This document shows, piece by piece, positions 21,922-35,286 of a stretch of 64,000 nt of DNA; the first letter of the stretch is position 1, and each line of letters opens with the position of its first letter. The translations under genes and the position numbers were made by a program. This DNA is from Chrysomallon squamiferum (Eukaryota; Animalia; Mollusca): positions 4,960,001 to 5,024,000 of the forward strand of contig CM022672.1 of the NCBI GenBank assembly GCA_012295275.1, read 5' to 3'. Under the pieces are notes generated by a model, which was given only the letters and a program-made list of their open reading frames with translations, did not search any database and was not told the DNA's origin.

Positions 21922-24900
21922 CAGTTTAAAATTATTTTACTTTTACTTTTAATGTGCTTTGTTTTACTTTCATTTTAAATTTATGTTATTTACTGCAGCA
22001 TGGCCAGCAGTGAACAGATACTTAATCTCTATGACAACCATCACAAACTGAGTCATGTGATCAGAGACAAAGCTAGCACAGCCAATGGAAAGAAAGGAAA
22101 GCCTTCAGGAAAATCTCCACAAAGTCTGATGTCATTACCTTGTGTAGTTGCCTTGGTGACTGCATTGCTCAGGTGAATAGATCAATTATAGTTTAGATTT
22201 TTAAAAAAATTAAATAAAGTTTAAATTTAAATTATTATTTTTATTATATAATATTGATAATTTTATGTAGTGTTTTATTATAATTGGCAGGAAATGTTTT
22301 TCTATTTTTTAATATATGTTTTTTCACATTTGTTCATTTATTTATTTTTTTTTTTTTTTAATAATAAAATGGGTTTTAAAAAGAAAAGAAGAGTTTGTAT
22401 GTTTGTGTTTCTAAATGTCTTTCCAGTGACACCAGTTTGAGCCACAAGCAGAGTTTGGATGTGTTGAGAGGGAACGCTGATTTTATGCAGTATGTTATTT
22501 CTGTTGCTCTCCAGAAAGTGGAACAGATAGCTGAGAAAGGAAACTGCGATGGTTGTGCTGGTCTTGAGAAGAATAAAGTCATAAGACAGAGCTACATTTT
22601 AGCCAGGTTCGATAAATCAGAAAATGTTAGAGATTTTTCCAGTTTTCTAAATCTATCCCAGAGATATAAAACTTTAATAAAGTCAACAGTTACTTCAACT
22701 ATTAAAACAACAAGCTTATTATGAGGTCGTTTATAAAATATTTAAAATTTCATAATTTTATCCTATTTATTTTTGATATTATTACAAATTTAGTTTTAGT
22801 GCAGATAGCTTAGACATTATGTGTCTGTTAAGTTTTCCAGCCAGTTCCCTTTAAATGGCTTATCAAAAACCTCTTTCCTGTCTATGGGAAGGAGCACTTA
22901 CAAAAAAAACCGCTCTTGCTGCAGTTGAAATAGAGTAAACCAATATATACAGAAAATGAACGCCCTTGCAAAAATTCCATAAAACATTTAGTTTTTTTTA
23001 TTATTAGTGATAATATTTATTACATTTAATTTTTTTTACCTTTTTCTCTTTTTTCTCAGTATATCAAAGACTAAAACATTCTAATAATTATCACTAAATT
23101 ATTTCTGTTTCTTTTACTTCCTTTCATTTTCTTTTTTTTTTTTTTTGGAAATTTTTTATTTCAGGCACTTTCTAACATACTATGTTGAAAACCAGTTTCC
23201 TACAGAAGACAGGAAAAAGGGGAAGAACTTGGCGAGCCTGTGTTTGGATGGTTTGACTTCTGTGTTCAGCATCGTCAGCCCTAAAGACCAGAACACTGTG
23301 TGTCAGTGTCTTGTAAACCTAGGTACTCACTTTTTATACTTTAGCTTATAGTTTAACTTGCAGCTTATTTTTATTATGTTTTAGCTGATAGTTTATTTAT
23401 TATAGTTTAACTTATAGTTTATTTTTATTATATTTTAGCTGATATTTTATTTTTATTATATTTTAGCTGATAGTTTATTTATTATATTTTAGTTCATAGT
23501 TTTTTTTTTTATATTTTAACTTATATTTTATTTTTATTATGTTTTAGCTGATAGTTTATTTATTATAGTTTAATTTATAGTTTATTTTTTTTATATTTTA
23601 ACTTATAGTATTTTTTTTATTTTAACTTATAGTTGTTGTTTTTTTTATATTTTAATTTATAGTTTATTTTTTATATTTTAACTTATAGTTTATTTATTAT
23701 AGTTTAATTTATAGTTTATTTTTTTTATATTTTAACTTATAGTTTATTTATTATATTTTAACTTATAGTTTATTTTTTTTATATTTTAGCTGATAGTTTA
23801 TTTTTTTTATTTTAACTTATAGTTTATTTTTTTTATTTTAACTGAGAGTTTATTTTTTAGATTTTAGCTAATAGTTTATGTTTTTTAGATTTTAGCTGAT
23901 AGTTTATGTTTTTCTTTTAACTGAAATATGTATTATTTATTTATTTATTTTATTTTTATTTTTTTTTCAGAAAAAGAAACTGATGGTGATGTCAAAATTT
24001 CTCAAAAAGTAGAAAAAATTCACACTCACATCAAGACATTTCAGGTGGATTTTATCTATAAGACAGAGAACTAAGAGAGATTTAAAAAATAAATTAATAA
24101 ATGAAAATGTCCATCAGTAACAAATTCATCAAATTATCCAAATTTACTAAAATCCACTGCAAAAATGAATAGTTTTTTTTTATCATTTTTATTTTATATT
24201 AACTTTTTCACCAGTTTGATAAAACTTGCAAAAATGTGTGAGTTATAATTTAGCACTTCCTTTTATGAAGTTTTTTGCATTTATATTTATTTATAGCCAG
24301 GCAGGTACATAGATGGTTCTGTACATGTCCGCAGGTAGATATTTTTAAACAGATTTTTCATTTTCTTTTTTCTTTTTTCAGAGGCTGGTGGCAAACATCT
24401 TATCTGCAGATGACGATCACAAGAACTGGAAAGAAATGGCGTCGCTTCTCACTATCATCAGTCAGCTGACCAAACATCTGCCACCAGGGGGCAGTCAGTA
24501 CGAACAAGTCCACACCTGGGTGTACATGCTGTGTACAGATCAGGCTATAGGTGAATATCATTTATAATTCAGTAAGAAAAACTATACTGTAACTTTATTA
24601 ATAATAATTTAAGTCAATTACGGGATTAATTAATTAATTATAAATTAATGACTAATTTTTCTTACATTAAATTTCTTGCAAAAAACCCCCCCAAAAAACC
24701 AAAACACGTTATATACAAGTTGTCAAAATATAACTAGTATTTAAATTTTTTAGACATTTTCCAAATTATTCTACTAACTAATATATTCTATGGGTAGGTT
24801 CATTACAAACATTTCTTTCTGCTAACTGAAAAAGGATAACCCACTGTATGTTGGCAACAAGTTCTTCTCAATATACGCATCGTATAACCAAAGACCTAAA

Positions 24901-25777
24901 CATAACTAATGCCAGTGAAAACTGCATTTTTTCTTTCATTGTTTGTCTTCAATGGCAGCAGCAAATATAATTTCTCATCTTAATATTCTGTCCTTAACCA
25001 TAATTAATTAACACTATCATTTAAAAATTAAGAATATTTTATTTATATCGTTGATTTGTTGTTTTTTTTATTGTTTTTTTTATGATTTTTTGTTCTCTTC
25101 ATCAATGATTGTCTGTTGTAGATGATATGGCTACCTGTAAGTTGTTGTTGGGGACGTTGCTGTCATTGTCACAGCAGATGAAGTGTCTGCCTACATTAAT
25201 GAAGTACATGGCACAGGACATACACAGTCAGCTAGGAGACATTGATCAGGTATTTGAGATGTTGCTTTTATCTTGAAACAGTTCACTGTGATGTTTGTTA
25301 TTATGAAGATTGTCTGAAACAATCCAGTACATGAATGTTAAAATATTTGTGTGTAACAGATACATTTCACATGTTATTGTCTCACTGTTACATGCTTTCA
25401 AATACTGCTGCACTGCTTTTAGAAGTATTTTTAAAATAGTACTCTTTTGTTTAAATAAAACATTGACTATTAACTTTTATAATATAAATTATTATGTCAC
25501 CTTTTCATTACAGTTATTTTTTAATGTTATTTTGTTTTAATATCTTTTTATTGTTATTGTTTTTTTATTATTATTGTTATTATTATTAATACAATTGTTG
25601 TTATTATTATTAGTAGTAGTAGTATTTTATTATTATTATTATTATTATTACTATTATTATTATTACTATTATTATTATTATTATTACTATTATTATTATT
25701 ATTATCATTATTACTATTACTATTGCTTTATTATTACTATCGTTATGATTACTATTATTATTGTATTATTATTACTA

Positions 25778-25808
<31 letters not shown>

Positions 25809-28800
25809 TATTATTATTATTATCATTACTACTACTACTATTTTCTTTTGGTCTAAATAAAATGAAAACATAATTGAAAACAAGTTGAGGAGAATTACTG
25901 CTTAGAGGTTTTTTGTAAATACTAATATAAATTACAGCTTTACATCATCCTTCTTTATTTTATTTTCAAAAATTAAAAAAAAATGGCTGATGTATGACAG
26001 ATAATTTTTTATTTGACAGGAAGTCGAGGTGGCAGACAAAACTCATTTCTCTCTGATAAAACACAGGACAGCTGCACCGATGGTGTTGTTGTTGGTGTTG
26101 TCAAGTTGCGAGCACCTGATTGATGACATGGACTGGGTTGTTGCAAGACTGAGAGCTGACGTGATTAATAAGAAAACTGAAGAAGGTTGTTACATAAATC
26201 ACGTTAATTTATGATTATCTAATTAAATATACTGATATATAATTACTTTTTTTTCTTATTCTGTTTCTTATCATTTTATCTTATTTTCTTTATTTTCAGT
26301 TTTTCTGATTCTCTTTTTAAATTTTTTCTTACTTATTCTGTTTATTTTTATTTTTTCTTATTCTGTTTTTTTTTATATCATTTCTTATTGTTTCTTTTTA
26401 TTTTTTTATTCTGTTTCTTTTTATTTATTTTTTTAATTCATTTTTTTGTTTTGGTTTCTTTTCATTTTAATAAATTTTTATATATATATATATATGAATA
26501 ATTTTTTTCTTACTTATTCTGTTTTTATTTATATCATTTCTTATTGTTTCTTTTTATTTTTCTTATTCTGTTTCTTTTTATTTTTCGTATTCTGTTTCTT
26601 TTTTTATTCATTTTTTTGTTATTTCTTTTCATTTTTTATATATACATATATATATATAAACTGATATTTTTTAATGTTTTAGTTGAAGGCAGCCAGAGAG
26701 ACACACAACAGGAAAGTCAGGAAGGTTTTGTGTGTGCACGGTTCATTGTTCTCATCAAGTGTTTCCACGAACTCGTGCAGTCTGCGCTGCCGTACGGTGG
26801 CTGTGTCGAAGTCATCCTGAAAACAGTGACCAGACTCTACAACTCTTTGTCTCTGCTTGTCAAATATGTAAGTGAGTTGTATGTGAGTTCTTTAGTTTTA
26901 ACAACTGTTAACAGTAAAGTTTGTTTAATATTTTTATTTTATTTTTGGTGATGTTATGGTTAGGCAGTTTCTTTGACCTCAGAATTGTTTCTTCGTTGTT
27001 GAACTTTATTATTAACAAAAGTTTGTGGTCCTTAACAAATGAAACAATAATTACTTCGTTATTATTATTATTATTATTATCATTTTCGTTTTTCATTATT
27101 ATTATTAATATCATTATCATTATCATTTTTATTTTCATTATCATCATCATCATCATCATTATTATTATTATTAATGTTTAATTTTATTTTGTTTTCATTT
27201 TGTTTGAGTTCAGTTTATGCTTTGATCTTGGAATATAAATCATTTTCAGCCTATGTTGTGGAATGATATTGTAATCCATTAATATGCATACACATAAATA
27301 CACAACAAATTGCTTTTTATTTGTTTATTTTCTTTTATTTCAGTACTTATCAATGTATTTTAACAAGACAGGATACCTCAGTCCAAAGTTTGAGAAACTG
27401 GTAAAGTTCATTGGCCTTCATCTTACCCAGTATGTGTATGCCATGATCACCAGTATTCAGGTCAGTTCATTTACAGATGTTGGTCAAGTTACTGGTCACC
27501 AGCAGATACAGGGTGGCTGAAGTTGTTTGGATTCATAACAAAATTTAAATATTTCCAACCATTTTGAGAGTAATATTCTCTTTTAGATTCCCCCAAAACA
27601 AAATTCAAAAGTACTTTTTTCCAAATATTAAATTTGATACATTTATTTTTTTTTTACTAGTAAATCAAGAATACTGATTTCCTTGCAGTTAAAATATAAT
27701 TTTACTTGCTCAATATCTGTATTTATCTCCTAAATGTACACATTTTCAGAACATTTCTGCACAATTTAATTAGAGTTGCTTCCCTTAGTATGACTTTTAA
27801 CTGGACATTTGTTTTGATTTTCTTATTTTTCATTTTATTATTTTTGACTTTTATCATACATAATTAAAAGAGAAAAGATTATTATGCATTTCTGGTGTTT
27901 TAAATAATTGTTTCATTTTATTAGGCCTCTGAAAAAGAACATTTGCAGCATTTGTCACAGAAAAGTAAAAAAGACAAGAAGAAAACAGAAACAGCATCAC
28001 ATGTTGAATCAGTATGTCACATAGCATACTATAGTTTTATAATCTTGTATTATGTTATTTATTATCTTATTTTATATACTATTGTGTTAATTTGTGTAGT
28101 GTTATATTATGTAGTATAATATTACATAATATGGTATTATTTAGTATATTATTATGTTCAGTAAAACACTATTATGTAAGGTTTTGTGATGTATTAGTAA
28201 AAGATTTAACTAAAGATTAGAAACTTTTTCAAATATAATTTTCATCCATAATGGAAATTAACATAGTTCTTAGTTCTTCTGATGTATGTGATATGTTTTT
28301 TTTATTAATATAATGTTACTGCTTTAATAGTCACATCATCATCATTTTCTGCTTCTTCATCAGTATTAATTTTGTTCTTACTTTAAAAAAATCAGAAAAA
28401 CAGAAGAATATTTTATTTAAATATAATATAAAAAAAATTGAATATTTAGTTAAACTAAGCCTTTTTAAAAATTTATTTTGAAAATAATTTATTTTCAGAA
28501 CAAAATACTGAAGCAGACAAAGCCAATACCAAACTTGATCTACGCTATTGAGCAGTTTGAACGATATCTCATACAGCTGACAAAGAAATCCAAGGTGAAA
28601 GCATTGCCCTTCGTTTTAACATTTATTTAAAAAGAATTAAAACATTATCTAAGCACATAAGTTGTCATTGTTATCATCATCATCATCATCATCATCATTA
28701 TTATTTTTATTATAATCATCCTTATCATTATTACTTTCAGTAGTTATTATTAGTATTATCATAATCATTATTATTGTTGTTGTTATATTATTAATAGTAA

Positions 28801-29801
28801 TAAAAATTTCACAAATGATGCTGTTTTGCAAGATGATAAATACAACGCTGTCAAATTGGTGACAGAAATGAAAGTCTTCTTGTACTTATGTTGTAGATCA
28901 ACTTGATGCAGAATATAAAAATCAGCACCTCTCGAGATTTCCGCATCAACACTGCTGCAGTTCAAGCCATTCTGGAGCAGAAAGATGAATCTGAGAATGA
29001 GGAAGAAGAAGAAGAAGAAAAAAAAAACTGATGATGCAGAAAATAACGAAGAAGAAGAAGAAGAAGAGGTGTTTATATATACTTATAAACTTACACTTTA
29101 TCTCTCTCTCTCTCTGACTTTCTCAAGGTCACTTTTTCTCCATTTTAAGAATTGTTTAACTTTGTTATCATAATTACTTTAAAAAAAAAAAAAAATAATT
29201 ATTTGATTTTTGTTCTGTGTTGATGGTAAATTACAAACTGTTAGCAATCTTGAATTATTAAGTCTGTAGATTTCTGTATCTCAGGATTTCATTTTCCTTT
29301 ATTTTTATTATCAACATTCACATCACTTCCTTAATTTGGCTCTTGTTACTACTACTACTACTATCATTACTACTACTTCTAATACTAATACTAGTAAACA
29401 CTATTATTACTGCAACTGCTGTTTTATTACTATTATCTGGTTTTTATTGTTTTCAGTACCATCACACTTTTTTGTCTGTTATTACTATAGTTATAATCAT
29501 TGTTGTTGTGACATAAAAACAATAACAATAACAATAATAATAATAATAGTCATAATAATAGCATTATTATGATTATTATTATTAATATTAAATTTAATAT
29601 TAATATTTTATCATCATCATCATCATCATCCTTATCATTATTATTGTTATTTACATCACTGCAATAACATGTTTGTTCACACAGGTAGCAGAGATGGATG
29701 GCAGTGATGAAGAAAATCAGCCTCCAAGCAAACGACCAGCATCTCCAGACACAATCACTGCTCCACCAGCGAAAAAACCAAAATTTCAAAAACAAAAGTG
29801 A
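7423..29801 (+). CDS. FANCI: Fanconi anemia group I protein, 32 coding exons, ~1375 aa after correcting a 1-nt frame break at 29018-29027
   Basis: Exons: 7423-7506, 7938-8013, 8505-8638, 9187-9272, 9817-9942, 13569-13734, 14034-14119, 14776-14905, 15305-15397, 15821-15957, 16501-16675, 16990-17077, 17652-17853, 18158-18272, 18791-18913, 19438-19506, 19936-20037, 20556-20747, 21204-21325, 21999-22172, 22427-22606, 23165-23322, 23971-24044, 24382-24550, 25122-25249, 26020-26185, 26683-26867, 27344-27460, 27925-28011, 28499-28594, 28897-29068, 29685-29801. Motifs: MDKKI start, [22 protein letters not shown] (monoubiquitinated Lys), [14 protein letters not shown] cluster, [35 protein letters not shown], acidic tail and PAKKPK NLS. 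Confidence 0.97.
9383..9495 (+). mobile_element. Degenerate SINE family A fragment
   Basis: CTTGCTAAATGAAAAAGAATAACCCAT (9434) matches CTGCTAACTGAAAAAGGATAACCCAC (24819). Confidence 0.5.
10116..12964. mobile_element. Non-autonomous DNA transposon with long TIRs, Sola2-like
   Basis: Ends GGGTCATTCCGTGTCAAATCACCCA ... TGGGTGATTTGACACGGAATGACCC. TIRs ~10116-10734 and ~12329-12964 differ at only a few positions. TTTC is duplicated on both flanks (10112-10115, 12965-12968). GRG/CYC termini, a 4-bp TSD and long TIRs are the described Sola2 hallmarks. The TIR structure is certain; the superfamily call is inference. Confidence 0.88.
11624..12350 (+). pseudogene. Decayed transposase N-terminal region inside the TIR element
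   Basis: Reading across stops and frameshifts: [12 protein letters not shown]...[11 protein letters not shown]...RSLRIVS...[11 protein letters not shown] (Cys/His zinc-binding module), [17 protein letters not shown], and [23 protein letters not shown]...[14 protein letters not shown] recall these blocks from Sola2-type transposases (not searched). No catalytic DDD region follows before the right TIR. Confidence 0.72.
19272..19400 (+). mobile_element. SINE family A, 5' (tRNA-like head) fragment
   Basis: A-box-like TGGCTTAGTAG and B-box-like GATTGATCC, then TTTCTCGTTCTAGACAGTGCTCC, which resembles TTTTCCAGCCAGTTCCC at 22833. Confidence 0.55.
22825..22990 (+). mobile_element. Degenerate SINE family A fragment
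   Basis: TTCCTGTCTATGGGAA (22875) matches TTCCTGTCTGTGAAAA (48074); followed by CTTGCTGC...AGAGTA. Confidence 0.5.
23335..23925. repeat. AT-rich minisatellite, ~26-30 bp unit (TATTTTAGCTGATAGTTTATTT...), ~20 copies, filling a FANCI intron
   Basis: Repeated TTTTAGCTGATAGTTT / TTTTAACTTATAGTTT cores between the exons ending 23322 and starting 23971. Confidence 0.9.
24790..25030 (+). mobile_element. Degenerate SINE family A, 3' fragment
   Basis: Shares a core with the 9383 copy; ends ...GTCCTTAACCATA (compare GGTCCTTAAC at ~27028). Confidence 0.5.
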
Positions 29802-29825
29802 AGTAATTAACACATAAAGCCGTCC

Positions 29826-29917
29826 AAATTTAATTCTGTTAGGACCAATGACTTTAAAAAGTAGTGCTGAAATAATTTAATTCTGTTATGTCCAATGACT
29901 TTAAAAAGCAGTGCTGA
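29826..29917. repeat. ~47-bp tandem duplication just 3' of the FANCI stop codon
   Basis: AATTTAATTCTGTTA(G/T)G(A/T)CCAATGACTTTAAAAAG(T/C)AGTGCTGA occurs twice. Confidence 0.9.
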
Positions 29918-29928
29918 TTGAAGGAGTA

Positions 29929-29976
<48 letters not shown>

Positions 29977-30198
29977 TGTCAAATATATAAAAGTAGATCC
30001 ATTACTGTTATTATTGATGTTTCTAATAATACGTATTTTTCTGTTTATGGACAAAATTGCCAAACTTATTATTAAAATTATTGGAATTATTAAAAATTTT
30101 CTTTCAATAGTATGTTTTCTATGTGAGCATGTGGGAACATGTACAAACATATTAGCAATATTTCTATTAATATTATAATATGGATATCGAAACAAGTA

Positions 30199-30216
30199 AA
30201 TAAATATTACAATAAA
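30199..30216 (+). terminator. Candidate FANCI polyadenylation signals (AATAAA x2)
   Basis: AATAAA at 30199-30204 and 30211-30216, ~400 nt after the stop. Weak evidence in such AT-rich DNA. Confidence 0.35.
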
Positions 30217-31981
30217 ACTATAGGTAATATTTCTAATAATAATATGTGTTCTGTATGCTGAATCTGTGTTTTGATAGAAGTATTAGTAATATTTGTACTG
30301 ATAGCATGTTTTATCTGTATAGCATATATACTGTATTTATATTCTCTAATTAGTGACAAGATATTGTGAATGAAAAATTTCAGGCACTGACCAAAAATAT
30401 AACTTTCTGGGATAGAACTACTTACTTTGATAATCTTCTGCTTAGGTCAAATATCTTCATATTTACCTCCTTTGGATAACACTGATATCTTAAGGCAGTA
30501 ACCAGTTATTCCATATATATATATATAAAACAACAATTATCATGTTAATATTATATTTGGCTAGACAACCAATACAGGCACATTTTTTTTCTTGTTCCAT
30601 TTTTTAATTTCTGAATTTTTTTATAATTTTTTATTTTTTTTTTTTTTTTTTAGTGTAGCTAAATATAGTCTCGTCTGTAAGATCTAAGTAAAGAAATTTT
30701 CTCTTTTGATGTATGATTAGAAGAAAATTAAGTTTTCTATTTCAAAAGAAAACATACTTGTATTCAGATTTCATTTAATGTTTGAAAATGCATCTTTCCA
30801 CAAATAGTGATATGCTATTTTAAACGTAATTTATTTTCTGTTCCATGTTTTAATGAAGATGAAGCTTTTTTTTTTTTTTTTTTTTTTTTTTCCGTGTTTT
30901 CTAATGAACAGTTTGAAATATTTTTAAATAGTAAGTGTTTCGTGAATTAAAATCAATAGTGTATGTATGTATAATTACATTAAAGTAATGACGTTATTTG
31001 TTGTCTATTTTAGCAAAATGATTATTTGATAATTTTTTTTTAAATTTCCTTAATTTATTATTATTTTTAATTTGCTTTTCTTTGAAAGATACAAATTTTA
31101 AGAATTTAATACATTTCTTAAAGTATTTCAGGCAAAAATAATTTGATTTAAAAAAACAAACAAAAAAAAACTAAAAAACTAAAAGAAGAAACAAAATAAA
31201 GGTAATTTCCTATATTTTGAACATGCAAATTGGTGATTTGTGTTTATTCAAAAAGCTAATGTTGGTTGCTGATTTCAGTGAAAGTTAAAATGTTTTTCTT
31301 CCAGTATTTAAAAAAAAGAAAAAGGGGGCGTTTCCACCATGGTTTTTGTTATAAAGACGATTTTTCTTGGTAAAAACGAAGCAAAGAGCACCTCAACAAA
31401 TAAAGTGCATGGTTCTTCACTTCAATCACATTATTTTTAGCTTCTCAAAAACCTTCAAGGATGTCATGGTACAACTGTTAAAGTGTAATTTCTGTAATAT
31501 AGATGATATAAATTGTACTTTTATCAGCAAGCAGAGAAAAAAAGTGAAAGAAAAAAAAGTAATTTTAAAATTTTATTTTAAAAGTTGAAAAAAAAAATCA
31601 CCGTAAACCCATATTTTGCTAAAGTGCATATGTGATGCACCTTTTTCGATCCTTTTAAGACAGTGAATAAAAATATCTTAAAATGAAACATTTCAGTGAC
31701 GTTTTTTTGTTTTTTTTACAAAATAGAAGTAACATACTGAGTGAAATGCTCAAAAACTGTAGTAGTAATGGAAGGAGTCAAGAGGTCAGAGGAATGCGTA
31801 AAACAGAATGAAATAAGAGAAAAAGAGGAAACCTTTAAAAAAAAGCCACCACAAAGTTCAATATATTTGATCAGATAATATTCCTGATACATCAATCAGT
31901 TTGTTTATTAGATAAAAGATAAGAATGTTATCTATTTTTGATTAGTTTTTTTTTTTTTTTTTTTTGCTGCCATCATCAAAT

Positions 31982-32099
<118 letters not shown>

Positions 32100-32555
32100 G
32101 TGTGTTTATATCTAATCCCCACAAATACACTGTTTTTTGTTTTTTTATCAAACTAAAACTCGATGCAAACTCATTTGACGTAAAATGACAAATGCTAAAT
32201 CTGTTTGCCTTACGTTGTTAAGTGAAGCTTAACAAATCAGTTTTCTGCTCTGTCCGGTAAAAAGAACGCTCGTTCCTAACCTGGCTGGTTTATTAACATC
32301 GTGAGATGGTAATCTGCCCATAACTCAAATAGGCTCCAGAAATACTCGCAGTTTTGTCAGTGACTGATGTCCAGGCAATACAGCTTGTCTGCTAACTTAG
32401 TTTTCAAAAAAAATATAAAAAAAATAAAATAATAATAATAAAGAAAACAGGTTTGAAACAGTTTTTTTATTTTCCTTTTTACATATGAATACAAACATAA
32501 ATACATATATACTTATACATTCATATACAGACACAAATATCCAATCATCTATCCT

Positions 32556-32677
<122 letters not shown>

Positions 32678-33096
32678 GATTAAATTACATAGATACATAT
32701 GATACACACACATATATATATATGTACAAAACACACACACAGAGATCAAATCAATAGAAGCAGCAATACAGAATACGACTGGAAACCCACGCTGACTTTC
32801 GTACACTTGTAATGGGAAGACAGGTCTGTGTAACTGAAGACTGGCAACTGTTCATTCACAAACATTGGAAAGAGATGAGTCTTGCTGAAAGAAAACCAAT
32901 AAAGTCGATAAGAACTTGTATAAATTTGTCAATTTAACCAACAGAAACGAATTAATCTGTTACTGCTGATTAATACTGCCGTTCCAGTTCCCCAGTGACC
33001 CCTGTTAATTCAGACCGTCGCACTTTACACTGCAAGAATCGACTTCGTATTGGTCATTTGACATGCACAGCTGTCGGAAAATTAGTTACGACTACT

Positions 33097-33135
<39 letters not shown>

Positions 33136-33279
33136 AAACGGTTTGCTTTCCCACAGAAATTAAATAGCTAAGATGTGAATAATCAGAATACGATTCAGAC
33201 TGTGTGTTATTTTATTGGCTTTTAGTTTTGACTGTGTTGATCCGTTTTCTTTTAATGAATGAATAAACGAAAAAAATAA

Positions 33280-33460
33280 TTAATGTTTCTCGACACGCGT
33301 TAACAAACATTAAGTGTCAGAAATGATGTGCGAGAGAGAGAACCTGTTGCCGCCATACCTCGCCCCATTTACATCGATTACAGATCTTTTACAAATCTTC
33401 CTCCGTCAAGGAAATAACGTGCTGTTTCATACAAACCGGTCTAGGAACCTGGCTGTACCA
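33280..33460 (-). mobile_element. Degenerate SINE family A fragment
   Basis: GAGAGAGAACCTGTTGCCGCCA...GATCTTTTA parallels AAAGGAAATCTTTGTCTGCCA...ATCTTTCT in the 4683 copy. Confidence 0.4.
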
Positions 33461-33870
33461 AAACATAGTCACACTGCCGTTTGAAGAAAATCACTCATCC
33501 TACTCCGACTGAGTCTAATATCCTTTCGTTGCCGTTATTTGTTTGTTTACTATTAACTTATTCTTCTAACAATAAAAATGCTTAGTGATTATGAAAACAT
33601 GGCTAAAACGTTTAAGAGGATTAAATTGTTACAAAACTTTGAATTTTAAACATTTTTTTTTTCTTTTAATAATTCATTATAGACGTCTCTCAGCTTTATA
33701 AAGCTTCTTTTCGTTAACGTTGGAAAATGAAATTTAGTTTTTACTGGGAAAATCCAGGATTTTTTTAATACAATAAGAGAATCCTCAGATTACCTAGAAA
33801 AGAATTTAAATGAATAACAAAAAAACATTTGGAAAACACATACATACAAACACACACACAGAGACATACA

Positions 33871-33908
<38 letters not shown>

Positions 33909-35241
33909 AGTTATTGTTAATATTAATTACCGTTTTAGTAGTGGTAATTAATAACAGAAGTTGCAACAGCAGCAATAGTAGTAGCTGTAGTCGTCATTTT
34001 AATGGTAGTATACAAATACGACAGTATAGCCATATACAGATAATTTCGTTTGTCATCTTCTTCTTTTACTTCTTCTTCGTTCTTCCTCTTCCTCTTCCTC
34101 TTCCTCTTCTTCTTCTTCTTCTTCTTCTTATTATTATTATTATTATTATTAATAATCACTGTTTATTAATGTAACGGTAACAACAGTAGTATTAGAAGCA
34201 GCAGTAACGACCCTGACAACACAATGACGCCATGATAATCAGCACGTACAAGGACGCGGGCAAACACATAATCATTTTCGGCATTAAGCTAGCATTAGCC
34301 TGATTACCGCCAGTCTTATAAAATAAAGAAATTTACAAAGGGATTGACTTGCCCGTCGCCACTAAGGTGTGTCATTATAGTTTCTTACCACAGTACCACG
34401 GATTATGACACTAGCGTCGCGAAGTACTAACTACATCCAAACAGGAACATAAACCAGCTTCTACGAGCCGTCGTCCATCTTTGCACCGCATTACAAAATC
34501 GTCTGCGGGTTTTATTTGATCGTCCCTTGCGAGAGAAACACAGCGAAGATATGCTTTTCGTTTATAAAAGTATTAAAAACAAACAGAAGGAAAACAAGAT
34601 GATGACAGTGAAGTAAAAAATCAATATAACGTAAAAATGAGAGAGAGATTCTTTTTTTTTTTTTTTTTTTTTTTTTTGAGAATGACACTTTTTCCTTGCA
34701 GTTGTAGATTGGTTATCAAAGTGTATTCAAATGTTTGAAGCATCTCTCGAAAATGCAATTATCTACATTAGTGACAGGACCTCGAACATCCAGTGTGAAA
34801 GTGACACTGGGCTAATATAATGGTCTTCTGCTGTTAGCAACAAAATAGTCCATTTTTGTGGGGAGGGGTCGATGATCTTGGAGGACGTTAGCTTCTCTAC
34901 AGCTGTTCAGACAGAATTCAGTGAAGTGAATAATATCATGCAAATACTAATACTACTAATACTAATACTGATACTACTACTAATAATACAACAGCAACAA
35001 CACTAACAAACAAAAACGTTAAGAATAAATGATATAACAGTATTTAACAAAGACGCGGAAGAAGAAGATAAAAACGATGGTGATGCTGACGGTAAAGAAA
35101 AAGATGAGAAAGAAATGAAATCAGATAAATGAAAAATAGTTTTAAGGCTACATTTGCTGAATTAGAAACTGTGAAATTAAATCTGTGATCGGAAAAAGCC
35201 TTTACACTTTCATCATTTCTTTGCCTCCATTCAGTGTATAA

Positions 35242-35286
<45 letters not shown>

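Noticed and set aside
26230-26640. Apparent internal repeat in a T-rich FANCI intron
   Set aside because: Low-complexity slippage duplication with no definable unit or functional signal.
13507-27520. ORF-track entries such as 13507-13866, 15647-16033, 17498-17857 and 26544-26951 as separate genes
   Set aside because: Each is a FANCI exon extended into flanking intron sequence by the ORF caller.
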